A stretch of 43,946 nucleotides of DNA from a virus (IMGVR_UViG_3300020042_011280:1-43946); one strand, 5' to 3'; shown: positions 37,614 through 43,946, numbered from the stretch's first letter. The notes: generated by a model not told the origin, from the letters alone. Made by a program: numbers and translations.

Positions 37614-37690
37614 TGGCCTCACCTGAGGGATTCGAACCCCCAACCTAACGGGTAGAAGCCGTTTGCTCTAATCCATTGAGCTAAGGTGAG
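37614..37690 (-). tRNA. tRNA-Arg (TCT)
   Basis: Cloverleaf, loop CTTCTAC, CCA. Confidence 0.9.
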
Positions 37691-37694
37691 AATG

Positions 37695-37772
37695 TGGAGC
37701 ACAGAGTCAGATTTGAACTGACGGTTTTACGGATTTGCAATCCGTTCCCTTGGACCTCTCGGGCATCTGTGC
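37695..37772 (-). tRNA. tRNA-Cys (GCA)
   Basis: Loop TTGCAAA, U73, CCA. Confidence 0.9.
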
Positions 37773-37778
37773 ATTAAT

Positions 37779-37852
37779 TGGAGCGGAGTGAGAGAATCGA
37801 ACTCTCGACCGAAGATTGGAAATCTGCTGTTTTACCATTAAACTAACCCCGC
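37779..37852 (-). tRNA. tRNA-Gly (TCC)
   Basis: Loop TTTCCAA, U73, CCA. Confidence 0.9.
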
Positions 37853-37934
37853 AATTGTACCGATGCTTATTCAAGCAGAAGCAATGTTCGGTACCACACA
37901 AAGGCAGGATTTAAAAAGAGCCTGCACTCTTAAC

Positions 37935-38008
37935 TGGAGCGGGATAGGAGAATCGAACTCCTGACTAAACCTTGGCAAGGTTTCGTTTGACCATTAAACT
38001 AATCCCGC
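37935..38008 (-). tRNA. tRNA-Gly (GCC)
   Basis: Loop TTGCCAA, U73, CCA. Confidence 0.92.
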
Positions 38009-38011
38009 AAT

Positions 38012-38086
38012 TGGGTTGAAGTATGGGAATTGAACCCATGATAACGGAATCACAACCCGTGGTTTTACCACTAAACTAACTTCAAC
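38012..38086 (-). tRNA. tRNA-His (GTG)
   Basis: Loop TTGTGAT; G-1:C73. Confidence 0.9.
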
Positions 38087-38092
38087 ATAAAC

Positions 38093-38166
38093 TGGCAGAG
38101 GGTACTGGGATCGAACCAGTGATAACAGAGTCAAAGTCTGTGGTGTTACCGCTACACTAACCCCCA
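38093..38166 (-). tRNA. tRNA-Gln (TTG)
   Basis: Loop CTTTGAC; U1-A72, G73. Confidence 0.9.
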
Positions 38167-38171
38167 ACATT

Positions 38172-38246
38172 TGGTGGTGATGGAGGGATTCGAGCCCCCA
38201 ACCTCCTGCGTATGAAGCAGATGCACTACCGTTATGCTACATCACC
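38172..38246 (-). tRNA. tRNA-Met (CAT), elongator
   Basis: Loop TTCATAC; paired 1:72. Confidence 0.85.
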
Positions 38247-38251
38247 TTACT

Positions 38252-38327
38252 TGGTAGGACCTACAGGAATCGAACCTGTTTCAACGGTTCTTCAAACCGC
38301 CGCTATGACCACATCAGCTAAAGTCCT
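38252..38327 (-). tRNA. tRNA-Phe (GAA)
   Basis: Loop TTGAAGA, CCA. Confidence 0.88.
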
Positions 38328-38332
38328 GAATT

Positions 38333-38406
38333 TGGTGCCCCAACAGAGAATCGAACTCCGAATTGATGCTTACAAGGCAACTGTTATACCATTTAACTAT
38401 TAGGGC
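38333..38406 (-). tRNA. tRNA-Thr (TGT)
   Basis: Loop CTTGTAA, CCA. Confidence 0.9.
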
Positions 38407-38411
38407 AAAAC

Positions 38412-38487
38412 TGGTAGCGGAGGAGGGATTCGAACCCCCGATTCTTGGCTTATGAGACCAAGCGGATGACCACTTCCATACTCCGCA
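38412..38487 (-). tRNA. tRNA-fMet-like (CAT)
   Basis: Loop CTCATAA; unpaired 1:72 (U/U); only two G-C pairs in the anticodon stem. Confidence 0.8.
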
Positions 38488-38498
38488 ATTCTTCTTAT

Positions 38499-38969
38499 CT
38501 ACGCAACCTTTAAACCTTTAAGTCTATCAGCTGCATATGAAGCGGCGAATGCTTGAGGTTTAACCAAAGGAATAACATTACAAGTTCCTTTGATATAACC
38601 AATCGCTTCATTAATAACACATGATGAACCTGTCATTTCATTCGGATTAATGTCCAAATGAACTTCAACATTTCTATCAACTAATACATCAGCAAGTCTT
38701 AAATACAACTCACTTACTTTATAAACCTCATTCATTAATCTGTATCTAGGTCTACTTTGCTTTTGGTCGTAATCTCTTTCACGAACAACTTCACCAAATA
38801 ATTTACAACCATTATTACCATTGATATGAACTACGATTGCAGTAATGTAATCGGCGTACCAAACTTTATCTATCTTCATTCTTTCAGAATCACAACCAAT
38901 GTAAATTTTAGTTTCTGGTGATTGTGCTTCGATGAATTCTCTCACTTCATTCAAATCTAATTTACGCAT
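38499..38969 (-). CDS. YkuK/DUF458 RNase H-like protein
   Basis: IYIGCDS, RLMNEV, EVHLDIN, VKP.AFAASYAAD motifs. Confidence 0.82.
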   Translation of the reverse strand: MRKLDLNEVREFIEAQSPETKIYIGCDSERMKIDKVWYADYITAIVVHINGNNGCKLFGEVVRERDYDQKQSRPRYRLMNEVYKVSELYLRLADVLVDRNVEVHLDINPNEMTGSSCVINEAIGYIKGTCNVIPLVKPQAFAASYAADRLKGLKVA

Positions 38970-38988
38970 ATTACATCCTTATAACAAT

Positions 38989-39063
38989 TGGCCGGTCCTG
39001 AGAGAATCAAACTCCCACTTCAGCGTTCGTAGCGCTGTGTAATATTCATTTTACTAAAGACCG
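38989..39063 (-). tRNA. tRNA-Arg (ACG)
   Basis: Loop CTACGAA; atypical T-loop TTTGA. Confidence 0.85.
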
Positions 39064-39068
39064 AAACT

Positions 39069-39143
39069 TGGTGGAGGATAGCGGAATCGAACCGCTGACT
39101 GTAACTTGCAAGGCTACTGTGTTCCCAATTATACCAATCCCCC
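39069..39143 (-). tRNA. tRNA-Ala (TGC)
   Basis: Loop CTTGCAA; G3:U70. Confidence 0.92.
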
Positions 39144-39223
39144 GAAAAGGTACGGGGCTTCCACCCGCCGCTAATCAAACCTTTCGGTGATTAATCTGCC
39201 GCCTCTTTATATTCAGCGGACTT

Positions 39224-39793
39224 TTATGTTATTGATCCGTTTCCATTTTGAAAACCGATACTACCACCTTCATCTTTGATTCGTTTAATAACATCTTCAA
39301 AAAGTATAGGACGAAAATCTGTTTGTTCAACACAAACACAATGGTATCTAGTATCAATTTTAGAATTCTTAATACCTGTCATCACACGCCTTTGGTGAGT
39401 ATGTCCATGAATGTTTGTACCAAAACGACCAAGACTTTCTGTATGAATTGGAATATGGGACAGAATCATTCCGTTCATAATATGATAAGCACGAAGCTCA
39501 CGAAAATGTTCCCTATATTCCTCATCTCTAAAAATATCATGGTTACCACGAATCAAAACTTTATCACCGTTAAGTCTATACAAAAGGTTAAGAGCTTTAC
39601 GATTAATCACTACATCACCAAGATGATAAACTTTATCGGTTGGTTTAACTGTTTCATTCCAACGCTTGACCATTTCTTCATCCATTTCTTCTGGAGTATC
39701 CCATGGTCTTATCTTTACACCATCATCATCTACAAAGCGGCATACGCCTAGATGACCAAAGTGTGTGTCGCTTGTCAAAAATACACTAGGCAT
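39224..39793 (-). CDS. Calcineurin-like metallophosphoesterase
   Basis: SDTHFGH, HLGD, GNHD, HGHTH motifs; start at MPSV because the longer call overlaps tRNA-Trp. Confidence 0.9.
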   Translation of the reverse strand: MPSVFLTSDTHFGHLGVCRFVDDDGVKIRPWDTPEEMDEEMVKRWNETVKPTDKVYHLGDVVINRKALNLLYRLNGDKVLIRGNHDIFRDEEYREHFRELRAYHIMNGMILSHIPIHTESLGRFGTNIHGHTHQRRVMTGIKNSKIDTRYHCVCVEQTDFRPILFEDVIKRIKDEGGSIGFQNGNGSIT

Positions 39794-39811
39794 ATGCTTC
39801 CTTTTTAAAAT

Positions 39812-39885
39812 TGGCACCCCGCTAGGGATTCGAACCCCAACCAACGGTTTTGGAGACCGCTATGCTGCCATTACACCAGCGAGAT
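39812..39885 (-). tRNA. tRNA-Trp (CCA)
   Basis: Loop CTCCAAA, G73. Confidence 0.9.
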
Positions 39886-39894
39886 ATAAAAATT

Positions 39895-39969
39895 TGGTAC
39901 CGAGAGAGAGTTTCGAAATCTCGACCCCCGCCTTATCAAGACGGTGCTCTTCCTCTGAGCTACCTCGGC
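39895..39969 (-). tRNA. tRNA-Ile (GAT)
   Basis: Loop TTGATAA, CCA. Confidence 0.88.
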
Positions 39970-39974
39970 ATTAA

Positions 39975-40186
39975 TTGCTTCCTCTCTGCGGCGGTAATTA
40001 TACTGCATCAATCATCGGACTAGACGAATAATCCACGACAACATCACACACAGCCTCCACCCGCTTCCCGACCAGAGAGAATTCTCGCATTGCCAGCGCC
40101 AGTTTGGTATGACTGGAACCACCCTTGAGTAACGAACTCACTTCACTTCCTACGGGTCATAGTAGTCAAGCGTTACCTTGACTGGA
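39975..40186 (-). ncRNA. About 210-nt structured RNA inside the tRNA array (candidate manA-like motif)
   Basis: GC-elevated, no ORF-track gene, several hairpins (AGTCAAG/CTTGACT, TGAGT/ACTCA, CCAGT/ACTGG, TCTCTG/CAGAGA). Confidence 0.55.
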
Positions 40187-40188
40187 CT

Positions 40189-40276
40189 TGGCGGAGAGTA
40201 TCAGATTCGAACTGATGCACCCATTTCTGGATGACGGTTTAGCAAACCGCTGGTTTAACCACTCACCCAACTCTCC
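40189..40276 (-). tRNA. tRNA-Ser (GCT)
   Basis: Loop TTGCTAA, long variable arm, G73. Confidence 0.92.
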
Positions 40277-40282
40277 ATAATT

Positions 40283-40374
40283 TGGCGGAAGACGGAGGAG
40301 TCGAACCCCATCCAATTTCTCAGAACCTGGTTTTCAAGGCCAGTCGCAGGACCACCCCCGCTGCATCATCTTCC
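40283..40374 (-). tRNA. tRNA-Ser (TGA)
   Basis: Loop CTTGAAA, long variable arm, G73. Confidence 0.88.
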
Positions 40375-40378
40375 TATT

Positions 40379-40453
40379 TGGTGGATTCTAAAGGGATTGA
40401 ACCTTTGACCTTCGCCGTGTAAAAGCGTTGCTCTACCGCTGAGCTAAGAATCC
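40379..40453 (-). tRNA. tRNA-Val (TAC)
   Basis: Loop TTTACAC, A73. Confidence 0.88.
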
Positions 40454-40510
40454 GAAATTTATTATTGACAATTTATCCTTCTCTACGCCGTCAATAAAGG
40501 CGAGTATTAC

Positions 40511-40584
40511 TGGTCTCGGTGGCAAGAATCGAACTTGCGCTTCATGGTCCCAAACCACGGGTGATGCCATTTCACTACACCGAG
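40511..40584 (-). tRNA. tRNA-Pro (TGG)
   Basis: Loop TTTGGGA; C1-G72, A73. Confidence 0.9.
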
Positions 40585-40589
40585 ATAAC

Positions 40590-40665
40590 TGGCTCCACAG
40601 GGTGGGTTCGAACCACCGACCAATTGATTAACAGTCAACTACTCTACCGACTGAGCTACTGCGGA
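40590..40665 (-). tRNA. tRNA-Asn (GTT)
   Basis: Loop CTGTTAA, G73. Confidence 0.92.
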
Positions 40666-40671
40666 ATATTC

Positions 40672-41034
40672 TTATACTAACTCATATTCTAAATCTACTG
40701 ACTCAGAATAATAACCGTTTGATTCTCCTAACCAACGAACATCAACATAACCTTTGCGTGTAGCAAATTTGTAAAATGTCCATGTGCGAGAATCAATGTA
40801 TTCATCTTCTTTAGCTTCTGGTATTTCACCTGATACTTCTTCAGCAATCAAAAGTGGTTCACCTTCTAAATCTGATAAATCGCCTACAATACTTTCAATG
40901 TAAACCGATTCGCAACAATCTTGCCAATGCAAAAATTTAAATCTTTCAGTATCATTAGCAAACACCATTTCACGACCATCTTGTGTCACCGATGTGAACA
41001 CTTTTCCAACCATATCGTTTATATTCATTTTCAT
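40672..41034 (-). CDS. Conserved phage hypothetical protein
   Basis: H.QDCCESVYIE..GDL, TWTFYK..T.KG.V..RW.G.SNGYYSE motifs. Confidence 0.8.
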   Translation of the reverse strand: MKMNINDMVGKVFTSVTQDGREMVFANDTERFKFLHWQDCCESVYIESIVGDLSDLEGEPLLIAEEVSGEIPEAKEDEYIDSRTWTFYKFATRKGYVDVRWLGESNGYYSESVDLEYELV

Positions 41035-41052
41035 TTCCTTTACAACAACATT

Positions 41053-41127
41053 TGGCGGTCTGTAGGGGAATCGAACCCCTGTAAGCGGATAGACAATCCG
41101 CAGTAATGACCATTATACGAACAGACC
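41053..41127 (-). tRNA. tRNA-Asp (GTC)
   Basis: Loop TTGTCTA, G73. Confidence 0.9.
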
Positions 41128-41132
41128 AAATT

Positions 41133-41225
41133 TGGTGGAGGCAGTTGGAGTCGAACCAACATTGTTTACCACGGGGGAACGGATTTACAGTCCGCTGCAG
41201 AACACGCCATATCTACAATGCCTCC
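41133..41225 (-). tRNA. tRNA-Tyr (GTA)
   Basis: Loop CTGTAAA, long variable arm. Confidence 0.88.
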
Positions 41226-41303
41226 ATATAGAAACACACTTCGGATACTGTACTAAACAGAAACTATCCATCACAGTCGAAACTATTGAAATGTGTTTTT
41301 ATA

Positions 41304-41377
41304 TGGTAGAGGTACAGAGAATCGAACTCTGGTTAATAGGTTAAAAGCCTACTACTTTACCACTAAGTTATACCTCC
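41304..41377 (-). tRNA. tRNA-Lys (TTT)
   Basis: Loop CTTTTAA, A73. Confidence 0.9.
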
Positions 41378-41503
41378 AAACTACCATTTGTTTTGCTGAC
41401 GTACTATATGCTATGCTTCAACGGAGTAGCGGCCGCATTACCGTTTATACACATAGTTACGGAGTGTTGACGTTTACACAATGGCTTACATCAGCAAAAC
41501 AAA

Positions 41504-41579
41504 TGGTACACCTAGGGGGAATCGAACCCGCCGTTTATGCCTTGAAAGGGCATCGTCCTAACCGTTAGACGATAGGTGC
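41504..41579 (-). tRNA. tRNA-Glu (TTC)
   Basis: Loop CTTTCAA, CCA. Confidence 0.9.
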
Positions 41580-41593
41580 ATATCTGCATCAAA

Positions 41594-41629
41594 TTTTTAA
41601 AGAGCGTATCGATTGATTTCTCAACCGAT
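41594..41629 (-). promoter_or_regulatory. rrn-like boxB/boxA antitermination site
   Basis: Hairpin ATCGGTTGA-GAAA-TCAATCGAT followed by CGCTCTTTAAAAA, between the promoter and tRNA-Glu. Confidence 0.7.
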
Positions 41630-41636
41630 GAAACGT

Positions 41637-41688
41637 ATTATACATGAACCAGTTAATTTGTCAACCAGCCTGTTGCAATAATACGACA
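41637..41688 (-). promoter_or_regulatory. sigma70 promoter of the tRNA array with upstream palindrome
   Basis: TTGACA-16-TATAAT; TGTTG-N8-CGACA at 41671-41688. Confidence 0.82.
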
Positions 41689-41695
41689 CCAAGAT

Positions 41696-41779
41696 TGGTG
41701 TGAGTGGAGGGACTTGAACCCTCAATCAATTAAGCGGCAGATTTTAAGTCTGCTGTGTATACCATTCCACCACACTCAC
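41696..41779 (-). tRNA. tRNA-Leu (TAA)
   Basis: Loop CTTAAAA, variable arm, A73. Confidence 0.9.
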
Positions 41780-41781
41780 AT

Positions 41782-41858
41782 TGGTGCCTCAGGTGGGACT
41801 CGAACCCACAGAATCCGGTTTCTAAGACCGACACGTTTACCAATTTCGTCACCGAGGC
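41782..41858 (-). tRNA. tRNA-Leu (TAG), short variable loop
   Basis: Loop CTTAGAA, A73, 77 nt. Confidence 0.85.
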
Positions 41859-41859
41859 C

Positions 41860-41896
41860 AAAAACAAAAAACCCTAGATTTTTTAGGTCTAGGGTT
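41860..41896 (-). terminator. Intrinsic terminator directly upstream of the first tRNA (attenuator 3:4 hairpin)
   Basis: AACCCTAGA-9 nt-TCTAGGGTT followed by TTTTGTTTTT. Confidence 0.85.
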
Positions 41897-41923
41897 CGTG
41901 TGTGAGAAAATATTTCCTATAAT

Positions 41924-42004
41924 CTACACACGAACACCGCCTTTCCACTCTAATGTTGGGCGTGAATAATTAATAAAGGCGGAATGTGTTTTTCTTATTG
42001 TCAT
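41924..42004 (-). CDS. Putative attenuator leader peptide (26 aa)
   Basis: Not in ORF track. MTIRKTHSAFINYSRPTLEWKGGVRV overlaps alternative hairpins upstream of the terminator. Confidence 0.65.
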   Translation of the reverse strand: MTIRKTHSAFINYSRPTLEWKGGVRV

Positions 42005-42022
42005 CCTATTATATATCCAAAA

Positions 42023-42310
42023 TTAATCGGGAACTCTTGTATATTTGTTATCAACTAAGTCACCTGATGGGTGAATGTATGCAACATAGCCATCTTCGTT
42101 TTTACAAACTCCATCCCAAAAGAATTCCTTCTTGCGGAAAAAATTCATTTGTTCTTCGGTATACTCTTGACAATCAATTTTCAATTGGCCAATGTATTCC
42201 TGCCAATTGTCATCAGCAACAGAAGCAATAGCCAATGCTTCTTTTTCATTTTCTGCTTCAACGACATGAACATGGCGAAAAGCTTGTAGAGTTTCAACAA
42301 TATACTTCAT
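42023..42310 (-). CDS. Hypothetical protein
   Basis: ORF with AAGGA RBS. Confidence 0.7.
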   Translation of the reverse strand: MKYIVETLQAFRHVHVVEAENEKEALAIASVADDNWQEYIGQLKIDCQEYTEEQMNFFRKKEFFWDGVCKNEDGYVAYIHPSGDLVDNKYTRVPD

Positions 42311-42320
42311 ACATTAATCC

Positions 42321-42650
42321 TTATTCAACTAAATCTAAACTAGTTGCAGCCCAAGCTGAACCTAAACTGAATTCAATTTTTTCAATTGAGTCCCAGCGAA
42401 AACTACGCCAACCATCAGCTTCAATATCAAAGACAGATTGTGCTTCATCTGATTTTTTACGACTTGTTGCAACAACACCTTCTTCAATTTTCGGCACATA
42501 CTGCTCATTCAGCGTACATTTCATAATTCGTTCACTTCCATCTTTTTTGGTGAATGTGAGAGTTACAATTTCATCCTTGAGCAAGTGGCGCAGCCAATCT
42601 TTTTCTTTTTCATCTTTAAAAAACACTTTTTTTGAATTATCCATAATCAA
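42321..42650 (-). CDS. WYL_2/Sm-like SH3-barrel protein
   Basis: FTKKDGSER.MKCTL and VFD....WRSFRWD motifs. Confidence 0.75.
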   Translation of the reverse strand: MIMDNSKKVFFKDEKEKDWLRHLLKDEIVTLTFTKKDGSERIMKCTLNEQYVPKIEEGVVATSRKKSDEAQSVFDIEADGWRSFRWDSIEKIEFSLGSAWAATSLDLVE

Positions 42651-42666
42651 ACATTTACCTTTCTTG

Positions 42667-43044
42667 TTAACCTTCAGCTATGCTGCTTGCATAACCCTTC
42701 AATTTCTTAATTATAACAGAACCTAGCACTCTTGTGAGGTAATCTTCAATCCATTGCCCTGATTTGTCAGTTTTTCGCAACACACAGCCGTAGATTTCAG
42801 CACCAATTAGATTTTCAACGTATTTTGTAGGGTCACCCAAAATCGCATCGAAAAAATCATCAAAAACAGGGTAACCATCTTCGCCAGGTTTAAACATTAC
42901 GACATGATACATATCACCAATTGAATTTCCGTCTACTGGCGTGCCTTGAATGTCATCTCTAAGCTGAAAATAGGAAAATTTCATGCCCTCATCATCATCT
43001 TCAAGAGGTAAAAAATAAAATCCGTCATATTTTGAGCTTTCCAT
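42667..43044 (-). CDS. Hypothetical acidic protein
   Basis: ORF with AGGA RBS. Confidence 0.7.
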   Translation of the reverse strand: MESSKYDGFYFLPLEDDDEGMKFSYFQLRDDIQGTPVDGNSIGDMYHVVMFKPGEDGYPVFDDFFDAILGDPTKYVENLIGAEIYGCVLRKTDKSGQWIEDYLTRVLGSVIIKKLKGYASSIAEG

Positions 43045-43078
43045 TGAAAATCCTAGTTATTATTTGAAAAAATTGTTT

Positions 43079-43255
43079 TCAAAAGATGAACATCATTGCT
43101 GCAAGCAGAAAAAGAGCAGCATTTGCAAAATTTCCTGTTAAAAATGAGAGTGTTGCAGCTAAGGTAAGCATTCCCATTAGTGTCAAAGAGATTCGCAAGT
43201 GATTCACATACACAAATTCACAAAGTTTTTCAAAATTTTCATTAATTTTACTCAT
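43079..43255 (-). CDS. Small membrane protein
   Basis: Two hydrophobic segments; start at MSKINE. Confidence 0.6.
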   Translation of the reverse strand: MSKINENFEKLCEFVYVNHLRISLTLMGMLTLAATLSFLTGNFANAALFLLAAMMFIF

Positions 43256-43433
43256 TCTTGTCTTCCCAAGGATCATTTTCACCAACTGCAACCCAAACAT
43301 TCTGAACCTGACACTTTGGCCAGCCTAATTTTATTGAATTGACTGCTTCTTGAGCAGAAATTGCTGATACTTCTTCATATGAAGGCATAACTCCTTCATC
43401 AAAAAACTCAACCATATAATAATTCCAGCTCAT
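43248..43433 (-). CDS. Hypothetical protein
   Basis: Start at MSWNYY after GGAG. Confidence 0.6.
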   Translation of the reverse strand: MSWNYYMVEFFDEGVMPSYEEVSAISAQEAVNSIKLGWPKCQVQNVWVAVGENDPWEDKNE

Positions 43434-43434
43434 A

Positions 43435-43710
43435 TCATCTCCAAGTTCTATGTCGTTCAGCAACGTGTTCTAAGCCATCATATTCTTCAATGTACCAATT
43501 CACACCATCAGGTATTTCCACGACTTTCAAATCAGAGTATTCACCATCAGCATCACCTTTTTCTACCATTTCAACCAAAATTGGACATTCTCTAGGAATG
43601 TCATAGTAATAGAAATTTGGGTCTGTGATACCTTTGCGGTTTTTGTATTCATTCAATGCAGCCTCAGATAAACCGAAACCACCATGACAATCATTAATCA
43701 CAACTTTCAT
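43435..43710 (-). CDS. Conserved phage hypothetical protein
   Basis: MKVVIN.C.GGFGLS..A and LKVVEIPD...W.IEEYDG.E motifs. Confidence 0.75.
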   Translation of the reverse strand: MKVVINDCHGGFGLSEAALNEYKNRKGITDPNFYYYDIPRECPILVEMVEKGDADGEYSDLKVVEIPDGVNWYIEEYDGLEHVAERHRTWR

Positions 43711-43711
43711 T

Positions 43712-43930
43712 TTACATCCTATAAAAAGCACCAAAAACATAAATTAGCAACAATCCAGAATTTACTGTAATCATTGCTTTTTCTTTAATCATAACAGCCC
43801 ATATTAAAAACAATAATGAACCGATATTTAGCAACCAAATATTCAATGGGTCAAACATGGCTGCTGTTGCTACAGCACCACAAAGTGTTACCGCTGTTGC
43901 GACCCATTTAATTTTGTTTACTAATAACAT
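43712..43930 (-). CDS. Small multi-pass membrane protein
   Basis: About three hydrophobic segments in 72 aa. Confidence 0.7.
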   Translation of the reverse strand: MLLVNKIKWVATAVTLCGAVATAAMFDPLNIWLLNIGSLLFLIWAVMIKEKAMITVNSGLLLIYVFGAFYRM

Positions 43931-43946
43931 TCTGTATCCTGCACTC

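Noticed and set aside
37909-37921. Second boxA (GCTCTTTTTAAA)
   Set aside because: Imperfect match, better explained as part of the pseudoknot at 37904-37931.
39975-40186. RNase P RNA or group I intron
   Set aside because: Lacks the GAGGAAAGTCC P4 signature, is short for RNase P RNA, and does not interrupt a gene.
40283-41858. Suppressor tRNAs or a recoded genetic code
   Set aside because: Anticodons TGA, TAA and TAG read UCA, UUA and CUA. No CTA, TCA or TTA anticodon is present, and genes are intact under the standard code.
37707-41905. ORF-track calls overlapping tRNAs (37707-37901, 38212-38403, 39765-39974, 41132-41568, 41714-41905)
   Set aside because: Spurious translations of tRNA genes.

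Overview
AT-rich segment of a large T4-like myovirus genome. The host is probably a betaproteobacterium, inferred from the tmRNA tag and the PqqA sequence. 1-16.7 kb is the baseplate/tail module: gp7, gp6, gp25, a split gp5, gp53, gp48, gp4, gp2, gp54, gp26/gp51 and a tape-measure-like protein with an M23 peptidase domain. 16.7-36.4 kb (minus strand) holds replication/transcription genes (gp32, gp59, gp33, RNase H) and accessory genes (SleB-like hydrolase, 2OG-Fe(II) oxygenase, outer-membrane barrel, ClpP, GalE, GT2, MazG-like, DenV-like). 37.5-41.9 kb is an array of 26 tRNA genes covering all 20 amino acids. Elements missing from the ORF track: a 24-aa PqqA precursor gene directly behind a circularly permuted tmRNA; a leader-peptide transcription attenuator gating the tRNA array, whose 26-codon leader uses 17 amino acids; an rrn-like boxB/boxA site; a likely -1 frameshift fusing gp26 to gp51; a recurring compact H-type pseudoknot at 3' ends; a TGTTG-N8-CAACA palindrome at sigma70 promoters; and several unexplained structured RNAs. 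All calls come from reading the sequence by eye; no searches were run.
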